From Chrysomallon squamiferum (Eukaryota; Animalia; Mollusca): a stretch of DNA of 64,000 bases. The notes below the pieces were generated by a model. It saw nothing but the letters and a program-made list of their open reading frames with translations. It searched no databases and was not told the DNA's origin. Location of the stretch: NCBI GenBank assembly GCA_012295275.1, contig CM022677.1, forward strand, positions 6,510,001 through 6,574,000, in the 5' to 3' direction. The position numbers were made by a program, and so were the translations under genes. Shown one piece after another: positions 1-15,290 of this stretch (position 1 is the first letter of the stretch; every line of letters begins with the position of its first letter).

Positions 1-89
1 ATCAGATAAATAGTGCTATTCTTTAATAGAACATATAAATTATTATTATCATTCCATATAGTTCTGATTTCCTAAATTAATAAAATATA

Positions 90-2598
<2,509 letters not shown>

Positions 2599-2643
2599 AA
2601 ATAAAATAAACTGAACGAATGAAAAGCTTATATAGTTTATTTA

Positions 2644-2674
<31 letters not shown>

Positions 2675-2964
2675 TAGTTAAAATTGCTTTCTAAGTAACT
2701 TCATTTGCTATGTAATATTATTAACTTAAATTATGTCAGACTCTACACATGGGTTTATATTACTACAAAAATAAGAGATTAGCAATTCTCAGATATTTGG
2801 AAATAGGGAATTGAACAAGGGATTGAATATTATGTCAGCAGTGTTAATAGCTGACAAATATACGTAACACAATTGTTTTCTAAGTATTTTAGTTTAACAC
2901 ATCTTGCAGTTTACCTTACGTATTTGTTAGAAAGATGTTAACTTTCACATCATTCTTAATTCAC

Positions 2965-3027
<63 letters not shown>

Positions 3028-3299
3028 AGAATAGTGTCTCTGAATAAAACCGTCACACTTTTTTCATCATGAATGTTCGTTGAACCAGATTATTTGAAAA
3101 ACATGAGCACAAAAACGACGTACAGACCAGTATGACTAATACAAGTTATCGCTTCGCTGATTTTCATAGATCGTTCATATAGTGATGATAAATGATGCAG
3201 TACAAAGTCAAAGCATTTTCTAATGTCAGTGTTTCCAATATCAAATAGTTTAAATAATAATAATAATAGCTGTAATAGTAGTATTACTACAACTGCTAT

Positions 3300-3331
<32 letters not shown>

Positions 3332-3555
3332 ATAATAATAAAACGTTTTGATAGAAGATTTTCTAACAACATAACTACCTATCCATAACAACAAATTCTA
3401 CTCCACAAAATTGTTAATAAAAATTACTGAATTTTTGTCTTCTTATTTAACCTGAATGTATTCTGTTCCAACCAGTGTCTCACGACATGTGTATCAGATA
3501 ATTATTAACGTGTTTCTGTTTTATCCGCAGAGTGGAAAACATAAAGACATGTTTG

Positions 3556-4270
3556 ATGTTACTTATGTGTGTATAATGTGTGGTGTTGTTACTGATGTGT
3601 GTGTAACGTGTGGTGCTGTTACTGATGTGTGTGTAACGTGTCGTGCTGTTACTGATGTGTGTAACGTGTAGTGATGTTACTGATGTGTGTGTAACGTGTA
3701 GTGCTGTTACTGATGTGTGTGTAACGTGTAGTGCTGTTACTGATGTGTGTAACGTGTTGTGCTGTTACTGATGTGTGTGTAACGTGTAGTGATGTTACTG
3801 ATGTGTGTGTAACGTGTAGTGATGTTACTGATGTGTGTGTAACGTGTAGTGCCGTTACTGATGTGTGTGTAACGTGTAGTGATGTTACTGATGTGTGTGT
3901 AACGTGTAGTGATGTTACTGATGTGTGTGTAACGTGTCGTGCTGTTACTGATGTGTGTAACGTGTAGTGATGTTACTGATGTGTGTGTAACGTGTAGTGC
4001 TGTTACTGATGTGTGTGTAACGTGTCGTGCTGTTACTGATGTGTGTGTAACGTGTAGTGCTGTTACTGATGTGTGTGTAACGTGTAGTGCTGTTACTGAT
4101 GTGTGTGTAACGTGTAGTGATGTTACTGATGTGTGTGTAACGTGTAGTGCTGTTACTGGTGTGTGTGTAACGTGTCGTGCTGTTACTGATGTGTGTGTAA
4201 CGTGTAGTGCTGTTACTGATGTGTGTGTAACGTGTCGTGCTGTTACTGATGTGTGTGTAACGTGTAGTGC
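3556..4270. repeat. 30-bp minisatellite (gttactgatgtgtgtgtaacgtgtagtgct)n, about 24 units
   Basis: Directly visible tandem array with a few 28-bp units. Confidence 0.95.
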
Positions 4271-4593
4271 GCCTGCGAGGTAGTCACGTTTCCGTGTCTC
4301 GGGTTTTCCCTTTTGTTTTCTTTAACCTACCAGTCTCTTCTTCTTACTTCTGTATTCATTATTTATTTATTTATGTTTGTATTTATTTATTAATTTCTGT
4401 GTATTCCTTTAAATATGTTTTCGTTGTTTGCACGTATGAGGCAGGATATATATATATGTGTGTGTGCGAAAGTGATATGTATTGTAATCTATTTTAGAAA
4501 GATGACGCCACAATATTTATTTTTTGCACATCATATCTCTCGGCTTATAGGTTACGAAGTGTTTGAAAACTGAAATAAAAATGAACACAAAAA

Positions 4594-4644
<51 letters not shown>

Positions 4645-5941
4645 AAATAAAACAAAATGAAACAATAATAATCAGTCCATTGCTCCAACTGACTCGAGTG
4701 TGCATAGAGAGGAAAAGATGAAATATGATTTGTAACACCGGGATTTAAAAGACGTATTTACAGATCCCCAGTGAGGATGCAGTTTAGTATCTAGTCACGT
4801 TTTTGAGATATCAGTTACTAAGTTTTGTTGTTTGTACGTATTAATAAGAGAGAGGGTCAAAGATCATCCTTCATATATGTGAATAGAATATTTTATACAA
4901 TGCGTCATACAGAAATAATAATAATAGTAATAACAACAACAACAACAGTAGCAGCAACAAGGACAATAGGATTAATAACAACAACCACAACAACAACAAT
5001 AGTAATAAAAGTAATAACAACAATAAAGAAATAATAACGATAACTGAACAGTAACAGCAACGACACAAAAACAACCGAAGATTTGATGTTGATGATTAGG
5101 CGAGACTACATGCTTAACGACACGAGATTCCCAACTGAAGAGAGATACCTGATGTGCATGATTCTAAAGTTATCCAAGTTATTTAAAGTTTTTTTCACAT
5201 GAATACTTACTAATAATAACGACATATTTATGTAATTAGTATGTTAGTATTCACGTTAATATTTAGTTCAGTATGTGGATGTTGTAAAAATTTGTTCCGG
5301 TCTACCTGTAATTTGGATTATTAAAATATCTTTTATTTCTGTAGCATATTCCTTTGAATATTAAGTCATAAGTTAATAGGGTGCATGGAGCTTTTGGAGA
5401 ACAAGTAAAGGAACTATGAACATGTTCGTTTTAGATAATTTAATGATAAGTCAAATTTTATTTTCTTCTATAGTCATTGATGTGCAGTACGATGGACTTG
5501 TATTTTGCCTGTAATTTAGTTGTTGACTCTTTTTTTTTAGCAGAAACATTTACCATAATTTTCATCCATATTGTAACATTGCTCATCTAAGTATGTTTCT
5601 TAACCACAGTGACTACATTTTCAGGTGATTAGACAGTGCAGAAATTGACGCGTTTAAACAATTTGACATGTGTTGCTGGGGCGTTGAATGCTTGCCAACA
5701 TGCTTAGTTGATTGCTTATTGTGAAACTATTGAGCAATAGGTTTTTATTAACTGAATTTTAGTAATGTAGTATTCAAGTAAACATTTAGAAGCTTGTTAC
5801 TGTCTATATAACAGCTTAGTTAGAAAACTGTTTTATAAATCATGTCTAATTATTTTGTTTTTCCTAAGGGTAAGTATTTATGCCATAAAAATAATTTTTC
5901 ACTTCCTATTGCTTTGTTTTGTATTTTTCTGTTATTACTAG

Positions 5942-6059
<118 letters not shown>

Positions 6060-6194
6060 CAAAGTAGAAAGGTGAGTCGCTACTTTAACAAAACAGCTTC
6101 ATTTATTAAATAAATAAAAATATCCTGTTTTAAAAAAATAACAAAGAAAACACATTAAATGTTACATATCAAAACAAATTTTATTAAAATTACT

Positions 6195-6287
<93 letters not shown>

Positions 6288-8760
6288 ATGTTTGTCCTCT
6301 TTTTCCAGTCATTAACTTAATGCATTAAGTTGTGACATTACAAGAAATTAGTTCAATCTAAATTTGTTAACAGTCAGTGTTAAAAGTAACATGACAGTTG
6401 ATATGTAAAACCTGTTAGCGCTTATGTTTATTATTATATTAAGTTTCAGATTTCCAGTTCACAATCTTATGTCTGAAACAATTTCTATGCTGAAATAAAA
6501 CAAGTTTATTTTTGCATTCAGCTTTCTTAGATTAAGCTTACATTTGGCATCATTTTGTAGTATATATAAGATTTTAGAAAAAGAGATTGCGTTGGGCATC
6601 AACTAATAATAGTTAACATAACAAAAAATAGAAATGATAATAATAATGTTTTCTTACTGAGTAATGTTTTACTTTCTCAATGGTAACAAGTCTCCTAGCA
6701 CTTTGACATTCATGATTTGTTCACCGTTCAAACATGGATGTTTTGGGATATTTAATGTTTGTTTCTATGCGTGAAAGAGAGGAGTTCTTTAATATTTGAC
6801 ATTGTCAAGTTAATTCAGTTGACACAAGAGAAATATGATTAAAAATAAAACAACATCACAAATATACGCAAACTACGAGCATAATTGTAATTGTAAATTA
6901 TAATAAATGTTATTATTTTTATAAGTGTAATTAATCTAATCTCTCTCTCTCTGAGATACACCTGCATATACGTGTGTGTGTGTGTGAGTGTGTGTATGGC
7001 TGTGAAACAAATATCACAGAGTAAAATTATTATTTTATGACAATATAATTAAATTGATTTCCCGATATTAATTATTATATGAAATGTGGTGATAATGTGC
7101 AGATGATTCGCTCTCTGTTTATCTACAGCTTCGTCAATAAATTTACAAAAATAAACGTAATTTATTTTAACATAGGTTGCCGCTTCTTTGTGTTTTTTGT
7201 CGCTACTTTCTTTTATTTGTCATTTCGACCGTTTCTTTCCTGTGGAAAATGTATCCACACATATTTTTTTCTCAGGAAAGAAAAGGTCAAATGACAAAGT
7301 CAAATCTCCGTCTTTTGTTCAGTTAATAGCATCAAGGGGAAAAAAAGCAAAAAAAAAAAAAACAACAAAACATCTTGAATTTGGCCACTGCAAGGAGATT
7401 AAGATAAGATTTTGTTTCATTGAAGAACAAAGGAGATTTTTCTTCTTCTGCTTCTATCTTTCTTTCTTTTTCTTTTTTTCTGTTATATATCTTTTCAAGT
7501 CTCGATTCACCGCATAACCTATTTTGAAACTGGTTCAGATAACAATTTAATTTGTTATACAACACAAACGTACAATTGGTCACGTTTCAACATAATTTAT
7601 GTCAGTATTAAATTAATTTCCCTATCTAAAATATTATAATATGAATTTAATCAAATTTATTTCCCGATTTAATAGTCGACAGTATGTATACATATTAATA
7701 TTTCTGAATGTAATTTATGTACTTATAACTACCTCGCTCAGTCTGTATAAATGTAACCTACAAATAATAATTTTTTTATAAAGTGACTCTTTTCATCTAA
7801 GAAAAGAAAGAAAGAAACTTTTTTATATACGTGAGTAAAAGTTATTATTTTCTGTCAGAGAGAATATCAGTATTTTTTATATTATATTTGTTTAAAGTTT
7901 AAATAATAAACTATCTGGAATGAGGGTTTTCTTAAATATATCATTAATCACGATGAATAAAATACTCGAGCGAAAAGGAAGATGTTTTAAATTACACACC
8001 TAAAAACACACGTATACACACACATCGACATACACACAACACAAATACATTCACATATATACACATACATACACAACTCACACATACATACACATACCCA
8101 CAAACACAACACACACACACATACATACAGAATACACACAACGCATACAGACACATTCACGCACAATACACCAACACACATGCACACACATACACACAGA
8201 CTTACAACCACATCCTACATGTTCAGTTTAACAGAAGTTTAGATTCTGTTTGTTTATCGATGCGAAACATACTTGGCTGTTTAGTCACGTTTTGAATTCA
8301 CGCTGACAAAATTAATAAAAAAGGTCCTGATAAATAGTGTGCAGTATGTGAAGTCGAACATATTTGTTAAAATTCATCACAAGCAGTAATTAAAAATAAA
8401 TAAATAAATAAAGTAAAATAACAAAAGTATTTAACAGATTAATGTATTATTATTAGCAGTTTTGTGATAATGGTTATAAAAGTATTAGTATTAATAGTAG
8501 TAGTTGTTGCTCCTGTACAATATTTTTTATCCTTAATTTTTTGTTTTAATATTTATTATTATTATTATTATTATTATCATTATTATTATTTAATCGATAG
8601 TTAAGTTAAATGATAAGATACAGATGTAAAATTGTTTAGTTTAAATTAACAGTTTGAATCAGTTCTCTGATAAAAAGAATAGCACATACATTTATTCTTT
8701 TTAAAATTTTGTTTGGTCAAGAAATGTGGTTAATTTCTGATTATTAATCATACACCAAAG

Positions 8761-8797
<37 letters not shown>

Positions 8798-8899
8798 ATA
8801 CACACACACACACATACAGACAACAAACACAAACACACAAGGATACACAGATACTCATATAAAGCTTTATAAAATGTACGTAAAAAATCATTAATAAAT

Positions 8900-9752
8900 A
8901 ACAGATTATATCGGAATCCTGCTATTGGAACAATTAGCTGGGTGCAAACAACGAGGAATTATTATTGTTGAGAACTAAACGTTGAAGTTGAAATACTTGA
9001 TATTGTTCAAAAGAATTTAGAAGAACACTTTCTTACTAGTTATTCAGTTACCTGTTCATACGAAGAATCCCTGAAGAAGTTCAGAAGCGAACTTGTAAAT
9101 TTTTCAACTTTTTACAATTGTGATTATTTAAAAGATTATGGGAATCTAGAATCTGTGTATTAGATAACATTATTTCAGACTTTACTAAACGTGTACGTTG
9201 GACTTTAAGAAAATGACTTTGTTGGATAGTGTAATCGATGTAATGAAGGATTACATTAAAGATGGCTTGGGAGATGAGTTAGACGGTGAATGGTTGATAA
9301 GTACTGTTGAAACGTGCAGAGAATACGATTTAGATGACATACGCGGTCGAATGTGTTTACTACGTTGGTACATAGACGAAGAACATGAAGACTACAAAGA
9401 ACATGTTGATTAACTGAAGATGATATTGAAGACATGTTACTGACTATCCGCATAGAAAATATCATGAAAGATGACTTGACCATTAAAATCATGGCTTATG
9501 ATGAACAATCTATGGGTGAAATAAGATCACGTTACAGAAGTGTTATTACATGTTTGAGGAAAGAAATCTACGACGTGGAGATGAAGTTAATCAGAACACG
9601 TACTTAAATGCATCGAAGTTCAATAGTTTAGAGATTGTTCTATGTTCATAAAGAGTCTATTATTAGACGTGAATATGTACGGTGGGGCTTTGAAGATGAA
9701 GATATATCGACCATTGCAACAGTTGCTTTGAAATTCAGTCAAAGTTAAATAA
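8900..9752 (+). other. Intronless island of tightly packed, partly frameshifted small ORFs (virus/Polinton-like)
   Basis: Consecutive coding-like frames ELNVEVEILDIVQKNLEEHF..., MTLLDSVIDVMKDYIKDG... (ATGA overlap at 9213), MLLTIRIENIMKDD..., ...RREYVRWGFEDEDISTIA...*. No microsatellites; ends TAAATAAA. Confidence 0.45.
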
Positions 9753-10285
9753 ATGAATTTAATAATAGTATTTGTTTTATATTATAAACAACAAAAAAAT
9801 ATTGGTATTCAATTTTTATTCAAGCAAAGCAAAAGCATACAAAACAATCAAATAAGTTATAATCATTTATTTTTCATCTCTAGACACCAGCAAATAAAGC
9901 TTTATAAAATGCTTCGTAATACAGTGGTTAGTTTTGCATCAAGCCAACATCACAATCTAACAAGTGTGAATAACATTCAAATAACCCACAAAACAAACTT
10001 TAAAGAGCAAAAAAAGTAAAAAAATTATTACGAAATTAAATATAATTAACATAACAAAATGTTACATGAAAACAGTTTACGTAATTTATTGGTTTTTTTA
10101 AAATTATTTTAGGAAATTGAAAAAAGAAAATTATATTTATTCACTTAGTTATTTTATTTTATATATATTTATTTTTTATTATTATTATTTTTTTTTACAA
10201 TAGTTTTATTCACACACACACAAAACACACATATAACACTGAATTCAGTTTCACACATTTGGTTTGTGACGTCAACACGGGTTTG

Positions 10286-11806
10286 TCAGAACGGGTTGTA
10301 AAACACTGCGGTGGAAACTGAAATGATAAGCACCACAACTCCTCCTAAAAAATAAAAAATAAGAATATTAAATTTTTCTACTTGTGCAAATATTTATGTG
10401 TGTGTGTGTGTGTGTACGTGTATATATTTATGTATATAATCTATAACCGTAGGTACGTATGTGTGTATGTATGTATCTATTTATATAGGCAAGCATGTAT
10501 ATGTACGTATGTGTATATGTATTTATGTATGTATGTTCGAATGTATGTATTTATATACATGTATATATGTATGTATGTGTGTATGTATGTATGCATGTAT
10601 GCATGTATGTATGTAAATATGCGTGTGTGTTTTGTTTCGTAATTTTATGTTGGTGAAAAACTTACCAGTCTCATGTAGTGTGTTTGTCCCACTGACGTCA
10701 TCAACTACAACTGAAGATGAAGATTTATAAGAAATTAACAAAGTATAATATATGTATGTATGTGTGTATGGATGTATGTATGTATGTATGTATGCATGTA
10801 TATAAATATGCGTGTGTGTTTGGTTTAGTAATTTAAGTTGGTGAAAAAATCACCTGTATCATGCAGTGTGTTTGTCCCATTGACGTCTTCATCTAAATCA
10901 GAAGATGACGATTTATATCAAATTAACAAAGTATAATTTTAGTGTACAAATCTAGTTCTAAATATTTACAACTAGAAGAAACAATAACTAAATTATTATA
11001 TTTTCTAACAACCTGTAGAATTATATTTATATTTTGATACTTACATAAGCAATTCAAATATAGCTTACCCTTAATACAGTGTTCAATATTCATCTCGCCA
11101 CCTTTCTTTTGCAGTTGAAATCCTTCTTTACAACTGCACTGTGTGTTTCTCACTTTGGTACATTTCTCTACTTCTGTTTGAGTTGTGCTGTCACACGTGT
11201 CACATTCAGCACATCTAGTAGCACGAGTGTAATTCGACTGGTAAAACCCTTCTTCACAAGACCCACATTTTGATTCATCACCGTTCTCTGTGCAGTGAGC
11301 TACAAGTCGTGTTCCAGGAGGACACTTTTTACAGTGTACTCCATTTATTTCATATTGTTCTCTCTGAAACATAATATGAAAAATATTACAATTATCAGTT
11401 ACAGTTATGTAAGGCTGAATGAGTTTCAAGTTTCAGTTTATACTTACAATTCCACGTTTCCCCCTGCAACTGACAGCAACAATTTAATAACATTTACTAA
11501 CATCACAGTCAATCATTATGTTTTGAAAAGTCATTGATACACATGCATGGTGACACACACAGGCACACACACACACACACACACGCACACAAACACACAC
11601 ACACACACATACACACACACTACACAAGCAATCTCACTAAAAAGAAAACAAAATACATCTAGTAAGCAGTGATGTTGTGAAATTACGTAAGATACACGTT
11701 GAGTTGGGTAAAAACGTACCTCGTTTTCAGAACTTTCCAGAAATTTTGCTCTCAGTGTTGCTATAAATAGTACGGCAGCCATCAAAATCCACGTAAAAGG
11801 TTTCAT
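10286..11806 (-). CDS. TNF receptor superfamily protein, copy A; 5 coding exons (11806-11720, 11363-11069, 10892-10854, 10704-10666, 10344-10286); 172 aa; predicted GPI-anchored with no cytoplasmic tail
   Basis: All introns are GT-AG with compatible phases (0,1,1,1). Spliced protein: MKPFTWILMAAVLFIATLRAKFLESSENE | REQYEINGVHCKKCPPGTRLVAHCTENGDESKCGSCEEGFYQSNYTRATRCAECDTCDSTTQTEVEKCTKVRNTQCSCKEGFQLQKKGGEMNIEHCIK | DEDVNGTNTLHDT | VDDVSGTNTLHET | GGVVVLIISVSTAVFYNPF*. Canonical TNFR CRD motifs are present (CxxCPPG, CxxCxEGxY, CxxCxxC, CTxxxNTxCxC). Confidence 0.9.
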
Positions 11807-11819
11807 GTCTGTGATAACT

Positions 11820-12300
11820 CTAGGAAAAATAATAATAATAAACCTTAAAATGTACGTGAAAAAAGCTACTGCTATGACTTATACTAATACTAATAACTGT
11901 AGAATGGAACTGTTTAGGTAAAGTAACTGACTGAATAACGCTAGCAAGGTCAATTAAGATTACTTCCTTCACTTGGTCGCTTTGCCGCAACTGCGCATTA
12001 ACACTCGTATCACGTGTTTTATCAAACCAATCACAACAAGTACAACTCTAAGACAGCTGCGTTATGTACTTCCGTCCACATATGGGCTTTTTTGTGCTTT
12101 TATTAAATTTAACACATGTTTCAGCATGTTTCTGGTGGTATGTACAGAGCAGAAAAACGAGATCACGGTAATAAAGTAACTGACTGAATATCGCTAGCAA
12201 GGTCAATTAAGATCACTCCCTCCACTTTGACGTTTTATAGCGCTTTACCGTAACTCCGCCTTCATAAACACTCATATCACGTATACTATCCAAAAAAATC
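11820..12300 (-). promoter_or_regulatory. Putative promoter/5' region of TNFR copy A
   Basis: Splice acceptor tttttcctag lies 13 nt upstream of the ATG. CpG-containing segment with CACGTG (12011), CCAAT (12027), ETS-like CGGAAGT on the minus strand (12068-12074) and Inr-like TCAGT. Internal direct repeat 11919-12030 ~ 12172-12295. Nearly identical at 63707-64000. Confidence 0.45.
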
Positions 12301-12304
12301 CAAT

Positions 12305-12510
12305 CTTCTTCTTTGTGTGTGTTTGTGTGTTTTGGTGTATGATTATTAATTAGAAACTAACCACATTTCTTGACCAAAGAAAAATTTAAACAAGAATAAA
12401 ATGATGTGGTATTTGTTTATACAGACATGGCTAATATTTAAACAGTTAATTTAAACTAAATTATTTTACATCTGTATTTTGTCATTTAACTTAACTGTCC
12501 ATTTAATAAT
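12305..12510. repeat. Dispersed repeat of about 200 bp (attaaccacatttcttgaccaaa...ttaaactaaa...tttaacttaactgtccatt)
   Basis: Copies at 8595-8760 (rc), 17170-17380, 23745-23950, 25590-25790, 50110-50320 (rc), 57790-57960 (rc), partial 59735-59800 (rc). Confidence 0.8.
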
Positions 12511-12552
12511 AATAACAACAACAACAACAACAACAACAATAATAATAATAAC

Positions 12553-12583
<31 letters not shown>

Positions 12584-12809
12584 CAACTGAGACACACAAA
12601 TAGACACACCGACGCACAGATACACACATAGAACCTAAATTAGTAAATTCCTGTAGAAACTGTCTTGTAGAAAATCTACTTTAAATTATTATGCAGTCAA
12701 AAACCCTGAGTCTCTGTTGGCTCTCGTCACGGTTCACGGGTTTTCACTGACCTTTGAAGGCTTTATTGATTTTCTGTTTCCATAGAAATTGGACCTCATT
12801 CATAAATTA

Positions 12810-13250
12810 CTTTTAAAATTACTTTTAAAATATTATTATTACTACTATTATTATTACTTTTAAAAAATATTATTATTACTACTATTATTATTACTTTTAA
12901 AATATTATTATTATTACTATTATTATTACTTTTAAAATATTATTATTATTACTATTAAAATTACTTTTAAAATATTATTATTACTACTATTATTATTACT
13001 TTTAAAATATTATTATTACTACTAATATTATTACTTTTAAAATATTATTATTACTACTAATATTATTACTTTTAAAATATTATTATTATTACTATTATTA
13101 TTACTTTTAAAATATTATTATTATTACTATTATTGTTACTTTTAAAATATTATTATTACTACTATTATTATTACTTTTAAAATATTATTATTATTACTAT
13201 TATTATTACTTTTAAAATATTATTATTATTACTATTATTATTACTTTTAA
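12810..13250. repeat. AT-rich minisatellite of about 32-35 bp (ttacttttaaaatattattattactactattatta)n
   Basis: Directly visible tandem array. Confidence 0.9.
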
Positions 13251-13563
13251 GTTAGATCGAATGAATGAGTTTACGTACTTTGGATTCATATATCAATGCA
13301 AATATATTTTGTAGAAACATGAAAAAAAGTTATATTGAATATTTGCTACACAGAGTTTGTCATGTTACATCTCAGACAGTCTCGCTTCAGAATGGGCCCT
13401 TAAAAAAATCGAGATTTTCTTAAAAATGCTTTTGTTATTATTATTATTATTATTATTACTTATTTTATCATTATTATTACTCTTTTCAATCATCATTAGT
13501 AACATTATTATTAGTACTAGTAGAAGTGGCTGTATTGTTGTTGTTGTTATTATTACTATTAAA

Positions 13564-13595
<32 letters not shown>

Positions 13596-14417
13596 TTATT
13601 TTTATCATTATTGCAATTATAGTATTACTACTACTGTTTTTAATCATCATTATTAACATTATTAGTGTAGTACTAGTACTAGTAGTTGTAGTTGTATTGT
13701 TGTTGTTATTATTATTATCATCACTGATATTATTATTATTATTACTATTACTACTGGATAATTTTTATCATCATTGTTATTATATTAGTGTTATTATTAT
13801 CATTACCAGCATCATCATTATTATATTAGTATCTCTAAATGTACATCAAGAATACATAGTTCAAGATCACTATTCCTTTTTAATTAGTAATTATCTTCAC
13901 TGAAAAGTATATTTATTTTATTTAAACAAATAAAATGTCTTTCAACTTTATTTTTCATAATTAGGTTAACAAAACAACATAACGAAACACACACACACAC
14001 AGATGTCGATGAACAGATTATTGTCATTTTTGCTGTTGTTGTTCACCTATTTATTTAACTGTTAGCAAAATTTCATGAATTACTTTTAACATTGTTATAG
14101 AAAGTTATTTTACGAATATATTTATTTTATCTAATTATTTATGATTACCACATGAATCTCCACTAAATTCTTCTGAACCAAGATTTTACATTATAAATAT
14201 TATAAACATTAAGAATTTTGGATTATCTGAGCTATCACTGAAATAAGGATACATTCTTTTTTTGAATTACAACTAGGTTCATGTAGATTCTTGTCACAGC
14301 AGTCTGTTTTTACGAGTTTTTCAGTCACTGGTAAATCTGACTTTTCACTGAGCTCGCTGATATCATTATTATTATTATTATTAGTAGTAGTAGTAGTAGT
14401 AGTAGTATGACTGACAT

Positions 14418-14448
<31 letters not shown>

Positions 14449-15134
14449 ACTGCTACTACTACTATTGTTTTTGACCATCATTATTATCATTGGTATTATT
14501 ATTATTATTATTATTATCACTGATATTATTATAATTATTATTACTACTATTTTAGAATCGTTTCTGTCATTTAAGTATTGTTATTGCTATTATCATGATT
14601 ATTATCATCAGAACCACCACCATCATCATAATGCTCATTATTATTATCATTACTATTGTTATTTTATCATCATTACTGTCATTAACTAAATATTATTATT
14701 GTTATATCATTATTTATTTATTTATTATTACTGATATTATCACTATTACCGCTGCTATTTTATCATTTATGTTTTGCTATTGTAGCTGTTGTCATACTTT
14801 ATTATTATTATAATTATGATCATCATCACATATCATAATCATCATCATCATTAATATTATCTTTACGTATATATTCTTAATTTATTTTACACACATTAAA
14901 ATTTTCTTCATTAAAAAAAATGAAAATGTTTTTATTCCTACTAGTTAGAACTAAAATAAAATAAAGTATTTATACTTCATGATCACTATTTCTTTTTAAG
15001 TAGCATTTTTCATCACTGAAAAGTTTATTTGTTTTATTTAAACAAATACAATTTATTTCAATATTTTTTTAAACCTTAGATTTAACAAACAACATTACGA
15101 CTTGTTTTATTAAATCAAAATTTAATATTCTTAT

Positions 15135-15290
<156 letters not shown>

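Noticed and set aside
10923-11429. 168-aa ORF (and its twin 62806-63312) as a complete single-exon protein
   Set aside because: The first 22 and last ~48 codons are intron read-through; consensus splice sites bound the CRD exon at 11363/11069.
14209-14370. SELSEKSDLPVTEKLVKTDCCDKNLHEPSC coding-like stretch
   Set aside because: Copies at about 18030-18190 and 26540-26690 have frameshifting indels, with no splice signals or domain match.
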